Positions 19,293 through 29,081 of a stretch of DNA of 64,000 bases are shown piece by piece. Source of the stretch: Roseobacter sp. (GTDB lineage Bacteria > Pseudomonadota > Alphaproteobacteria > Rhodobacterales > Rhodobacteraceae). The notes beneath the pieces are model-generated. The model did no database searches. It was not told the origin of the DNA and worked only from the letters and a program-made list of their open reading frames with translations. The DNA lies in NCBI GenBank assembly GCA_015665415.1, contig JADFAE010000012.1, positions 56,584-120,583 on the forward strand, in the 5' to 3' direction. Each line of letters starts with the position of its first letter. Within the stretch, counting starts at the first letter, position 1. The translations under genes and the position numbers were made by a program.

Positions 19293-19976
19293 ATGCCGTC
19301 CGACCAGCCCTCCGCCCTGCCCAGCGTCAAGCTCGACATCATGTCCGACCCGATCTGCCCCTGGTGCTATATCGGCAAGACCCATCTGGACAAGGCCTTG
19401 GCCGAGATCCCCAACCATCCCTTTGTGATCGAATGGCATCCCTTTCAACTGAACCCCGATATGCCCCGCGAAGGCATGGGGCGTCGCGCCTACCTGGAGG
19501 GCAAATTCGGCGGCAAGGAGGGGGCGGTAAAGGCCTATGCACCGGTGGTGGAACACGCGGAAAAAGCAGGGCTCAGCATCGATTTTGAGGGCATGCAGCG
19601 CACTCCAAACACACTGGATGCCCACCGTCTGATCCATTGGGCCGGCATTGAGCAAAAGCAGGGCGCAGTGGTCGATGCCCTGTTTGACGCCTATTTTGTC
19701 AAAGCCCGTGATATCGGCGATCACGATGTTCTGGTGGAGATTGCCGCCGAGGCTGGTCTGGATGCAGATGTGGTGCGCAAGCTTCTGGCCGGTGACAGCG
19801 ATGCTGAGGATATCCAGGCGCGTGACGCTCATTCCCGGAAAATGGGAGTGAGCTCTGTCCCCACATTTATCATTGCCAACCAGCATGTGGTTCCAGGTGC
19901 GCAACAGCCGGAACTGTGGACGCAGGTGATCACGGATATCCTGCAGCAGCTCAACGCGCCTCAGGAGGAGACGTGA
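19293..19976 (+). CDS. DsbA/FrnE-family oxidoreductase
   Basis: SDPICPWCYIG, PFQLNPDM, NTLDAHRL, VSSVPTF. Confidence 0.9.
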   Translation: MPSDQPSALPSVKLDIMSDPICPWCYIGKTHLDKALAEIPNHPFVIEWHPFQLNPDMPREGMGRRAYLEGKFGGKEGAVKAYAPVVEHAEKAGLSIDFEGMQRTPNTLDAHRLIHWAGIEQKQGAVVDALFDAYFVKARDIGDHDVLVEIAAEAGLDADVVRKLLAGDSDAEDIQARDAHSRKMGVSSVPTFIIANQHVVPGAQQPELWTQVITDILQQLNAPQEET

Positions 19977-20350
19977 CCCAGCTCAGACGCCTGACCATTT
20001 TTCTGTCGTTGATTGGAATCCTGGCTTCAAGCACGGTGTTCTTTCACTTTGTCGAAGGCTGGGGCTGGGTGGATTCCTACTTCTTTACCGTGGTGACAAT
20101 TTCGACCGTGGGCTATGGCAACCTGGTTCCGGTCACGGTGGCGGGGAAACTGGCGACGACCTTTCTGATTTTTGGTGGCTTGGGCGTCTTTGCCCTGGCC
20201 ATTCACGAATTTGCCCGCCTTCAGATCCACAAACGCCAGGAACACACGGAATGGCTAGTGGCGCATCTGGGCAATCACAGCGGTGAAGCCAATGAAAAAA
20301 GCGCCAACGAGGATGACCCTCCTCACCTCGGGCTTTCACACGACGGTTAA
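19973..20350 (+). CDS. Minimal two-TM potassium channel family protein
   Basis: GTG start overlaps the dsbA stop; YFFTVVTISTVGYG selectivity filter; no RCK domain. Confidence 0.85.
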   Translation: MTQLRRLTIFLSLIGILASSTVFFHFVEGWGWVDSYFFTVVTISTVGYGNLVPVTVAGKLATTFLIFGGLGVFALAIHEFARLQIHKRQEHTEWLVAHLGNHSGEANEKSANEDDPPHLGLSHDG

Positions 20351-20525
20351 AGACTGCATGATGACCTTGCTCTTCAATTCAAGGGCGATATTTCACAAAG
20401 CAACTATGCACAACGCCTGTGCGATCCAGGCCATGGCTTAGGCGCTGCAATCATGATAACGCCACGTTGACGAGACCCGGTTAGGATTCAATTTCAGGAT
20501 CCCCGCAGTCTCGCTTGAGGACCCA

Positions 20526-21749
20526 ATGACACCCACACCACGCCACAGAATGTCGAATGCGGAGTTCATATCTCTGATCGCGATGATGTTTGCGACGATT
20601 GCCTTTTCAATTGATGCGATGCTGCCTGCCTTGCCGGAAATCGGAGCGCAGCTCAGCCCCCATGACGTCAACCAGGCTCAGCTGATCCTCACCTCTTTTG
20701 TTCTGGGTATGGGCATAGGCACCTTTTTTACCGGCCCGCTTTCCGATGCGTTTGGCCGCAAGCCGGTGATCATCGTCGGCGCTGCGATCTATACCCTGTC
20801 TGCCGCTGTCGCCTGGGCTTCCTCCTCGCTGGAGCTGGTGCTGATCGCCCGTGTCACCATGGGTTTGGGGGCCGCTGGCCCGCGGGTGGTGGCCATGGCG
20901 ATCGTGCGGGATCTCTATTCGGGGCGGGAAATGGCCCGGATGATCTCTATTGCCATGATGATCTTTACCTTGGTCCCGGCCTTTGCTCCGCTGATGGGAC
21001 AGGGCATCATTCTCTTTACCGGCTGGCGCGGTATCTTTGCGGCCTTTGCCATTTTTGCCATCATCATGGTTCTGTGGATGCAGATCCGCCTGCCAGAACC
21101 CCTGGCGCGCGAACATCGCCGTGCCTTTCGTCTGCCGTTGTTGCTGGCTGCGATCAAAGAGATGGTGACGCATCCGACTGTGCGACTGTCCATCCTGGTT
21201 CAGACCTTCTGTCTGAGCATGCTGTTCACCATGTTGACCATGGTGCAGCCGATATATGATGTGATCTTTGGACGCGCTGAGAGCTTCCCGTTCTGGTTTG
21301 GCATGGTGGCGCTGATGTCAGGCAGTGCAAGCCTGCTAAACGCGGCCGTGGTGGTTCGCGTGGGCATGCGCCGCATGGTGACCTGGTCCCTGGCGATGCA
21401 AATCCTGTTCTCGGCGGTGATGCTCTCCTTGGAAGGTTTTGCTCTTCCCAGTGGGCTTGCCTTTGGGCTGTTTATCGCCTGGCAGACCAGCGTCTTTTTC
21501 CTGGCTGGCACCACTTTGGGCAATCTCAACGCTATGGCGATGGAGCCCATGGGGCATATTGCCGGCATGGCCGCCTCGATCATTGGCGGTATTTCCACCG
21601 TTATCGCAGCAGCCATCGCTGCGCCAATCGGGTTGCTGTTTGATGGATCCCTGCTGCCGGCAACCGCTGCTATCCTGGTGATGGCTGTGATCAGTTTTCT
21701 GGTGATGCTGCATCTGGGGCGGGTTGAAACCCGCCTGCCTGCCGAATAG
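20526..21749 (+). CDS. MFS multidrug efflux transporter, Bcr/CflA family
   Basis: FSIDAMLPAL, GPLSDAFGRKP, AIVRDLYSG; about 12 TM helices. Confidence 0.92.
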   Translation: MTPTPRHRMSNAEFISLIAMMFATIAFSIDAMLPALPEIGAQLSPHDVNQAQLILTSFVLGMGIGTFFTGPLSDAFGRKPVIIVGAAIYTLSAAVAWASSSLELVLIARVTMGLGAAGPRVVAMAIVRDLYSGREMARMISIAMMIFTLVPAFAPLMGQGIILFTGWRGIFAAFAIFAIIMVLWMQIRLPEPLAREHRRAFRLPLLLAAIKEMVTHPTVRLSILVQTFCLSMLFTMLTMVQPIYDVIFGRAESFPFWFGMVALMSGSASLLNAAVVVRVGMRRMVTWSLAMQILFSAVMLSLEGFALPSGLAFGLFIAWQTSVFFLAGTTLGNLNAMAMEPMGHIAGMAASIIGGISTVIAAAIAAPIGLLFDGSLLPATAAILVMAVISFLVMLHLGRVETRLPAE

Positions 21750-21754
21750 CCGAC

Positions 21755-21783
21755 TTGTCGCGAGTTGGTAAAACTTCTAACCT
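21755..21783 (+). promoter_or_regulatory. Putative sigma70 promoter TTGTCG-N17-TAACCT for the TPR-like gene
   Basis: -35 at 21755-21760, -10 at 21778-21783; overlaps the 5' arm of the terminator hairpin. Confidence 0.4.
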
Positions 21784-21809
21784 CTCCAATTATTTGGGGA
21801 GGTTTTTTT
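21779..21809 (+). terminator. Intrinsic terminator of the MFS gene; its 3' arm contains the downstream SD
   Basis: AACCTCTCCAA-TTAT-TTGGGGAGGTT followed by TTTTT; GGAGG at 21798-21802; ATG at 21811. Confidence 0.7.
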
Positions 21810-21810
21810 G

Positions 21811-23502
21811 ATGGATTACCCGTATGATCTGGGCAGCTATTCCTGCCCCATCACCACCACATCACACGAAGCACAGCGCTGGTTTGATCGCGGCTTGCTA
21901 TGGACCTATGGATTCAATCACCAAGAGGCCATAGCCTGTTTCAAACGCGCACTCGAACATGATCCGACCTGCGCCATGGCACATTGGGGCCATGCCTATG
22001 CCGCAGGCCCAAACTACAACATGCCCTGGGAGCTGCACGACGAGGCCGGTCGGCAAGAGGCCCTGGCCATTGCCTATGATGCCAGCCGCAGTGCGCTAAG
22101 CCATGTTGCCGGCTGCAGTCAGGTAGAGACACTGCTGATCGAGGCCCTGCAGGAGCGCTATCCGCAACGCGATCTTGGCGTCGATATGCATGCCTGGGAT
22201 CGCAATTTTACCAACGCCATGCGGGATGCCTTTGCCTCTTGTCCCAACCAACTGGATCTACGAACTATTTTCGCCGAAAGCCTGCTTACCCTGACGCCGT
22301 GGAAGATGTGGGATCTCAAGACCGGCGAACCGTCTAAAGATGCGGCGACATCTGAAGCGCAACAGGTTCTTGAAACGGCGATGGATCACGCCCACGGTGC
22401 CATGTCGCACCCGGGGTTATTGCATCTCTATGTGCATCTGATGGAAATGTCACCAACCCCGGAAAAGGCGCTCAAGGCCGCTGATGTCCTGCGTCGCCTG
22501 GTGCCGGATGCGGGCCATCTCGTGCATATGCCCAGCCATATCGATGTGCTCTGTGGCAATTACCATGATGTGGTGCTGTGGAACGAGGAAGCCATCAAGG
22601 CCGACCTCAAATACTACAAGCGCGAGGGGGGCTTTAACATCTATACCGGCTACCGCCAGCACGACTATCACTTCGTCATCTATGGTGCTCTTTTCCTTGG
22701 ACAAATGGAGCCCGCCTTGCGGGCCAACATGGGCTTGTGGGAGACCACGCCCGAAGAGATGTTGCGGATCGAAAGCCCACCGATGGCGGATTATTTTGAA
22801 TCCTACATGGCGATGCATCCCCATATCCTGATCCGCTTTGGCCGCTGGGAGGACTGCATCGCCTTGGATCTGCCAGAGGACCAGAGCCTCTATTGCACCC
22901 TGACCGCAACGGTGCATTATGCCCGCGCCATTGGATATGCCGCCACAGGCCGTGTGGCTGAGGCAGAAGCAGAGGAGATGCAGTTTCTAGCCGCCAAGGA
23001 CCGGGTTCCTCACAGCCGCTTGATGCACAATAACCGCGTGGTAGATCTACTTGAAATCGCAAGAGAAATGCTGCGAGGCGAGATTGAGTACCGCAAGGAA
23101 AACTACGCACTCGCCTATGACCATTTGCGCCGTTCGGTCATGCTGGATGACAACCTGCCCTATGATGAGCCCTGGGGCTGGATGCAGCCCACCCGCCATG
23201 CTCTGGGGGCTTTGCTGTTTGAACAGGGCCATATCGCAGAGGCCGAATCCGTCTACCGCGCCGATCTCGGGCTGGACGGCACCCTGCCCCGCGCCTCTGT
23301 TCATCCGGATAATGTCTGGAGTCTCAAAGGCTTGTACGACTGTTTGAAAGCGCGCGGAGAACAAGTGGAAATCCGCCACATCAAACCAAAGCTGGATCAG
23401 GCCCAGGCCAGATCAGACGGTGTGCAGGCCTCCTGCGGCTGCGCTCAGGTCGCCATGAGCAATCCTTCTACAGCCACCACAGAGTCCTGTTGCAACGGGT
23501 GA
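21811..23502 (+). CDS. TPR-like helical repeat protein with His/Cys-rich motifs
   Basis: AQRWFDRGLLWTYGFNHQEA, HPGLLHLYVH, HLVHMPSHID, YDEPWGWM, HPDNVWSL; C-terminal SCGC and SCC. Confidence 0.85.
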   Translation: MDYPYDLGSYSCPITTTSHEAQRWFDRGLLWTYGFNHQEAIACFKRALEHDPTCAMAHWGHAYAAGPNYNMPWELHDEAGRQEALAIAYDASRSALSHVAGCSQVETLLIEALQERYPQRDLGVDMHAWDRNFTNAMRDAFASCPNQLDLRTIFAESLLTLTPWKMWDLKTGEPSKDAATSEAQQVLETAMDHAHGAMSHPGLLHLYVHLMEMSPTPEKALKAADVLRRLVPDAGHLVHMPSHIDVLCGNYHDVVLWNEEAIKADLKYYKREGGFNIYTGYRQHDYHFVIYGALFLGQMEPALRANMGLWETTPEEMLRIESPPMADYFESYMAMHPHILIRFGRWEDCIALDLPEDQSLYCTLTATVHYARAIGYAATGRVAEAEAEEMQFLAAKDRVPHSRLMHNNRVVDLLEIAREMLRGEIEYRKENYALAYDHLRRSVMLDDNLPYDEPWGWMQPTRHALGALLFEQGHIAEAESVYRADLGLDGTLPRASVHPDNVWSLKGLYDCLKARGEQVEIRHIKPKLDQAQARSDGVQASCGCAQVAMSNPSTATTESCCNG

Positions 23503-23535
23503 GCATGCCCATAGAAACAAAGGCGGCCTGTTTGA

Positions 23536-26500
23536 TCAGGCCCCCTTGGCGGCAACCTTAGCCTTGGCCTTTTTCCGCTCTGCCACGACCTTCTCTGCAA
23601 GATCCCTGGCGATCGCAAAGGCGCCCTTGATCTTGTCGCTGTCCTTTTTCCAATCCCGGCGCACCACGATTTTGTTGTCCTTGACCTTGGCCAGACCGTT
23701 TTGGCCCTGGATAAAGTCCACCAGCCCCTGCGGTGAGGCAAACTTATCGTTGTGGAACTGGATCGTGGCCCCCTTTGGACCGCCATCCAGTTTGGCGATG
23801 CCCGCGCGTTTGCACATTGCCTTGATGCGAACAACAAGCATCAAGGTATTGACCTCTCTCGGCAATTCCCCAAACCGGTCGATCAATTCAGCCGCAAAGC
23901 CTTCCAGCTCGACTTTGGTGGTGAGCGAAGACAGGCGGCGATATAGCCCCAGACGCACATCCAGATCCGGCACATAGGCATCCGGGATCAGAACCGGCAC
24001 CCCAAGATTGATCTGCGGTGCCCATTGTTCGTCACCATCGCTCAGCCCCTCCATCTCGCCAGAGCGGATCTTGGCAATCGCCTCCTCCAGCATCGACTGA
24101 TAAAGCTCATAGCCCACATCGCGCATCTGTCCGGACTGCTCTTCGCCCAGCAGGTTGCCTGCGCCCCGAATATCAAGGTCTTGGCTGGCAAGGGTAAAGC
24201 CGGCCCCCAGCGTGTCCAGCGAGCCCAGAACCCGCAACCGCTTTTCCGCCGCTGGTGTCAGCCGCTGGCGGGGCTTGGTGGTCAGATAGGCATAGGCGCG
24301 GGTTTTGGAACGCCCAACACGGCCGCGGATTTGATAGAGCTGCGACAGGCCAAACATATCGGCACGATGCACAACCATAGTGTTTGCGGTTGGAATATCG
24401 AGGCCCGATTCAACAATGGTTGTCGCCAGCAGCACGTCATACTTGCCGTCGTAAAAGGCGTTCATGCGGTCATCCAACTCACCCGGGGCCATCTGCCCAT
24501 GGGCCACCACATAGTTAAGTTCGGGCAATTGCTCTTTCAAAAAATCCTCGACCTCAGGCAGGTCCGAAATCCGCGGCACCACGTAAAAGCTTTGCCCACC
24601 ACGATAATGTTCCCGCAGCAGGGCCTCGCGCAGGGTCACCGCGTCGAATTCGCTCACATAGGTTCGAATGGCCAAACGATCTACTGGTGGGGTGCCAATG
24701 ATCGACAGATCCCGCACGCCCGTAAGGCTTAGCTGCAGGGTTCGCGGGATCGGCGTTGCGGTCAGGGTCAGAACATGGATGTCGGAACGCAACTGCTTCA
24801 GGCGCTCTTTGTGGCCGACGCCAAAATGCTGTTCTTCATCAATGATCAGCAGGCCGAGGTTGTTGAACCGGATGTTCTTGGCCAACAGAGCGTGGGTGCC
24901 GATGACGATATCCACGGTCCCCTTGGCCATGCCTTCGCGCGTTTTGGCAGCATCCTTTGCGCTAACAAAGCGCGACAACTGCCTGACTTCCAATGGAAAC
25001 CCGCGAAATCTTTCGGCAAAGGAGGCCGCATGTTGGCGCGCCAGCAAGGTGGTGGGCGCAACCACAGCCACCTGCACGCCGGACATGGCGGCAACAAAGG
25101 CCGCCCGCATCGCCACCTCGGTCTTGCCAAAGCCCACATCGCCACAGATCAACCGGTCCATTGGCTGGCCCGAAGTCAGATCAGCCATAACGTCTTCGAT
25201 GGCGCGCAGCTGGTCGTCGGTTTCCTGATAGGGAAACCGCGCCGAGAACTCCTCCCAGGCATGCGGCGGCGGGTCCATCGCAGGGGCACGCCGCAAGGCG
25301 CGTTCAGCCGCAATCCGGATGAGCCTGTCCGCCATCTCGCGAATACGCTCTTTCAGCTTGGCCTTTTTGGCCTGCCAGGCACCACCGCCCAACCGATCCA
25401 GCAGCGCTTCGTCGTGGCCGTATTTAGACAGCAGCTCGATATTCTCTACTGGCAGGTAAAGCTTGGACTGCTCGGCATATTCCAGCAGCAGGCATTCATG
25501 GGCCGCCCCGGCAGCGGTGACCACCTCCATGCCCTGATAACGGCCAATACCGTGATCCACATGAACCACCAGATCACCGGGGCTGAGGGACTGGGTCTCG
25601 GTCAGAAAGTTTTCGGCCTTGCGCCGTTTCTTAGGCGCCCGGATCAAACGGTCGCCCAAGACGTCCTGCTCAGAGATCACCGTCATATGTGGCGCTTCAA
25701 AACCGTGTTCCAGCGCCCAGACCGCCAGATGCAGGCCGGATTTTCCGATCCGGGTGCCATCTTTTACCGCGATGACCTCAGCCAGCCCTTCGTCTTCGAT
25801 CAGCCCTGTGAGCCGCTCACGCGCACCGTCTGAGTAGGAGGCCACAACCACTGGCCCCTGTTGCAGGCGTGTTTTGATATGGGTTGCCAAAGCGCCAAAC
25901 AGGCTGACGCTTTCCTGTAGCCGCTCAGGCGAGAAATTGCGCCCGATACGACCGCCTGCGTCAACGACACCGGGCCCGGAGGCCTGCTCCAGCGGGTGCA
26001 ACTGAATGCGACGATGGGCGGCGACAGCGCGCTCCCAGGCGGCATCATCAAGGTAGAGAAGCCCGGGTGGGGTTGGTTTGTAGACGCTGTCCAGTCGTCC
26101 CTTTTGGCTCAGCGCGTGTTTGCGGGTTTCATATTGGTCTTCAATACTGTCCCAGCGGGCCAGACGGGCGGCTGTCACCTGATCATCCAGGGTCAGGGTG
26201 GCCTGCGGCAGATAGTCGAACAGAGTTTCCAGGTTCTCATGAAAGAACGGCAGCCAGTGTTCCACGCCCTGATGCTTGCGCCCGGCACTCACCGCTTCAT
26301 ACAGCGGATCATCACTGCCGGCGGCGCCAAATTCGATCCGGTAATTCTGGCGGAACCGGGTAATGGCGGGCTCATCCAGGATCACTTCGGAAACAGGAGC
26401 GAGCTCTACCAGATCCAGGGTCTCAGTGGTGCGCTGGCTGGCCGGATCAAAGCGCCGCGCCCCATCCAGAACGTCGCCAAAGAAGTCCAGCCGGACCGGG

Positions 26501-27009
26501 CCGCTTTGCCCCGGAGGGAAGATATCGATGATCCCGCCGCGGATGGCGTAGTCTCCGGGTTCCATCACCGTTGGGCTTTGTACAAACCCCATGCGCACCA
26601 GAAAGGCCCGCAGCGCTTTTTCGTCAACGCGTTGATTGACCTGGGCGGAAAAGGCCGCCTCGCGCAGCACCGAACGCGCTGGAACCCGCTGGCTGGCGGC
26701 GTTGAGCGTGGTCAGCAGGATGTATTGTTTGGGCATCTGGTGCACCAAGGCCGCCAGGCAGGCCATGCGGGCGCTGGCGACCTCCGGGTTTGGCGATACC
26801 CGATCATAGGGCAGACAATCCCACCCCGGAAAAATCACCACCGGCATGTCGGGCGCAAAAAAGGCCAAAGCAGCGCGCATGGCCTCCATCCGTTTGTCGT
26901 CGCGGGCGATATGCAGGACGGGCTGGCCGGATTTTGCCACTTCATCCAGGACCAGACGGGCATCAAAGCCTTCGGGCGCGCCGCCCATGGTGATTGCTCG
27001 TTGCGCCAT
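23536..27009 (-). CDS. mfd: Transcription-repair coupling factor
   Basis: GDVGFGKT, DEEQHFG, TATPIPRTL, QIRGRVGR, TRCF C-terminal domain. Confidence 0.98.
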   Translation of the reverse strand: MAQRAITMGGAPEGFDARLVLDEVAKSGQPVLHIARDDKRMEAMRAALAFFAPDMPVVIFPGWDCLPYDRVSPNPEVASARMACLAALVHQMPKQYILLTTLNAASQRVPARSVLREAAFSAQVNQRVDEKALRAFLVRMGFVQSPTVMEPGDYAIRGGIIDIFPPGQSGPVRLDFFGDVLDGARRFDPASQRTTETLDLVELAPVSEVILDEPAITRFRQNYRIEFGAAGSDDPLYEAVSAGRKHQGVEHWLPFFHENLETLFDYLPQATLTLDDQVTAARLARWDSIEDQYETRKHALSQKGRLDSVYKPTPPGLLYLDDAAWERAVAAHRRIQLHPLEQASGPGVVDAGGRIGRNFSPERLQESVSLFGALATHIKTRLQQGPVVVASYSDGARERLTGLIEDEGLAEVIAVKDGTRIGKSGLHLAVWALEHGFEAPHMTVISEQDVLGDRLIRAPKKRRKAENFLTETQSLSPGDLVVHVDHGIGRYQGMEVVTAAGAAHECLLLEYAEQSKLYLPVENIELLSKYGHDEALLDRLGGGAWQAKKAKLKERIREMADRLIRIAAERALRRAPAMDPPPHAWEEFSARFPYQETDDQLRAIEDVMADLTSGQPMDRLICGDVGFGKTEVAMRAAFVAAMSGVQVAVVAPTTLLARQHAASFAERFRGFPLEVRQLSRFVSAKDAAKTREGMAKGTVDIVIGTHALLAKNIRFNNLGLLIIDEEQHFGVGHKERLKQLRSDIHVLTLTATPIPRTLQLSLTGVRDLSIIGTPPVDRLAIRTYVSEFDAVTLREALLREHYRGGQSFYVVPRISDLPEVEDFLKEQLPELNYVVAHGQMAPGELDDRMNAFYDGKYDVLLATTIVESGLDIPTANTMVVHRADMFGLSQLYQIRGRVGRSKTRAYAYLTTKPRQRLTPAAEKRLRVLGSLDTLGAGFTLASQDLDIRGAGNLLGEEQSGQMRDVGYELYQSMLEEAIAKIRSGEMEGLSDGDEQWAPQINLGVPVLIPDAYVPDLDVRLGLYRRLSSLTTKVELEGFAAELIDRFGELPREVNTLMLVVRIKAMCKRAGIAKLDGGPKGATIQFHNDKFASPQGLVDFIQGQNGLAKVKDNKIVVRRDWKKDSDKIKGAFAIARDLAEKVVAERKKAKAKVAAKGA

Positions 27010-27120
27010 ATCGCGCCTCTCCTTTGAACCTATTGCCCCTCGCATGGGGCGAGATGGCGGCAACATAGCGCAAGGGTCCGGCGCGACAAGCGCCCAGCGG
27101 CGGCCCTGCGCGCAGAGCTA

Positions 27121-27648
27121 TTATCCCCCCAGGGGACCAAGTTGAAGATTTTGATACATGCCCCACATGGCGGTGATAAAGATGAACACCATGCCCAGAG
27201 CCTGCACCAGGATCCGGCACATCGAGAGCCGTTGCCACAGCGCCTCTTGCTGGATCTCTTTGGCGAAGATTTTCCTTGCGGTATGGATGTTGAGGAGGGC
27301 CACCAAGCTTAGTGGAAACATCAGCAGGAACACAGACTGGGCGAATTCGACTGCAAGGTAAAACCCCAAAGTGGCCAAAACCGAGAGCACAAAACAGGTC
27401 AGGCCCAACAACAACACACCGGAAGATTGCACCACAAACAACAGCCGGTTCACATTGATCCGGACCAGATCCTCAAGATCCTGCGCCGATTGCCCACCAT
27501 GGCGGCGTGCGCGCTGTACCATATCAAAGGGGACGCCCAGAATTCGATGGCTCAGGGTTGACCACATCACTGCCAGCGCGATCCAATACCAAAGATTGGA
27601 AAAGGACCGCATATCAATCATTTCGGACAGGGTTTGAAACAGGGTCAA
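27121..27648 (-). CDS. Conserved membrane protein of unknown function (start approximate)
   Basis: IDMRSFSNLWYWIALAVMWS...LGVPFDM; four hydrophobic segments; GAGAGG RBS before the TTG at 27648. Confidence 0.75.
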   Translation of the reverse strand: MTLFQTLSEMIDMRSFSNLWYWIALAVMWSTLSHRILGVPFDMVQRARRHGGQSAQDLEDLVRINVNRLLFVVQSSGVLLLGLTCFVLSVLATLGFYLAVEFAQSVFLLMFPLSLVALLNIHTARKIFAKEIQQEALWQRLSMCRILVQALGMVFIFITAMWGMYQNLQLGPLGG

Positions 27649-27866
27649 AGTTCTGGAGCCTCTCATTAAGCGCTCTTTGAAACCAACGTGACTTATGGGC
27701 CAAAGATTGCGAACCGGCCTTATATCCTCTGCCCCGCGGTCTTAGACAAGCCCCCGTGAAACCCCGGGCAAATGCACGGGGTGAAAGCGCGGCGATTGTG
27801 CCACTTGCAAGCGCATTGGAATTCGTGCGACCCACAGGGGCCTATAACAAAGGAATTGAGTGCCAG

Positions 27867-28865
27867 ATGAAGCCGACCGTAGCCCCTTTTCCCGCTGCCC
27901 GCCTGCGCCGGACCCGCGTCAGCCCCGCCATTCGCGGCCTGGTACGCGAGAACACATTGACCACGGATGATCTGATCTGGCCGGTTTTTGTACGCGACGG
28001 GGACGGGATCGAAGAGCCGGTCAGCTCTATGCCCGGTGTGCTGCGACGTTCGGTCGACAAGATCGCCGAGGCAGCCCGCGAGGCCCAGGCCATGGGCATT
28101 CCGGCAATCTGCCTCTTTCCTTATACGGATGCCGCGCTCAAGACCGAGGATTGCGCAGAGGCCTGGAACCCGGACAATCTGTGCAATCGCGCGATCCGTG
28201 CCATCAAGAAGGTCGCACCCGATATTGCGGTGATGACCGATGTGGCGCTGGATCCCTATAACATCAACGGCCACGATGGCTATGTGGTGGACGGCGAGAT
28301 CCTCAATGACGAAACCGTCGAAGCACTGGTCAAGATGACCCTTGCCCAGGCCGAGGCCGGTGCCGATATCATCGGACCATCAGACATGATGGATGGGCGG
28401 ATCGGGGCCATGCGCAGCGCCTTGGAGGCCGCTGGCCACCGCAACGTCTCGATTCTTTCCTACTCGGCAAAATATGCCTCTGGCTACTATGGTCCCTTTC
28501 GCGAAGCGGTTGGGGCCTCTGGTGCGCTCAAGGGCGACAAAAAGACGTACCAGATGGACCCCGGAAACTCGGATGAGGCCATGCGGCTGATTGAACGGGA
28601 CCTGCAGGAAGGCGCGGATATGGTGATGGTCAAGCCGGGCATTGCCTATCTCGACATCTGCTACCGGGTCAAAACCACCTTTGGTACGCCCACCTTTGCC
28701 TATCAGGTCTCTGGCGAATACGCGATGATCCAGGCCGCGGCCCAAAACGGCTGGATTGATGGCGAAAAGGTCATGCTGGAAAGCCTCCTGGCCTTCAAAC
28801 GCGCCGGCTGCGACGGGATCCTGACTTATTTCGCGCCGCAGGTGGCGCAAATTCTCAATGGCTAA
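27867..28865 (+). CDS. hemB: Porphobilinogen synthase (ALA dehydratase)
   Basis: RLRRTR, DVALDPY, PSDMMDGRI, KKTYQMD, MVKPG, AYQVSGEY; Asp-rich (Mg-type) metal site rather than Cys. Confidence 0.97.
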   Translation: MKPTVAPFPAARLRRTRVSPAIRGLVRENTLTTDDLIWPVFVRDGDGIEEPVSSMPGVLRRSVDKIAEAAREAQAMGIPAICLFPYTDAALKTEDCAEAWNPDNLCNRAIRAIKKVAPDIAVMTDVALDPYNINGHDGYVVDGEILNDETVEALVKMTLAQAEAGADIIGPSDMMDGRIGAMRSALEAAGHRNVSILSYSAKYASGYYGPFREAVGASGALKGDKKTYQMDPGNSDEAMRLIERDLQEGADMVMVKPGIAYLDICYRVKTTFGTPTFAYQVSGEYAMIQAAAQNGWIDGEKVMLESLLAFKRAGCDGILTYFAPQVAQILNG

Positions 28866-29081
28866 TGCCTGCGCAAATACAAGAAATTGAAAACAATTGC
28901 AGCAAAATGCCGCCCATTGTCCTCGCCAGAGTGATGACAGCTGGCTCGGATGAGCGTATATATGCGCACAGAGCCGCAAAACCGGCCGTTTAAAAGCAAC
29001 CCAGCCCGGACAAATGACTTCAGTGAAACGAGAAAAGTTTCATCCGAAGGGACCCGGGCACCAGGACAGGCAACTGGATAT

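Noticed and set aside
20408-20422. GCAC-N7-GTGC NtrC-like box upstream of the Bcr/CflA transporter
   Set aside because: A single 8-bp-specified site is expected by chance roughly once in a window of this size and GC content, and there is no nitrogen context.
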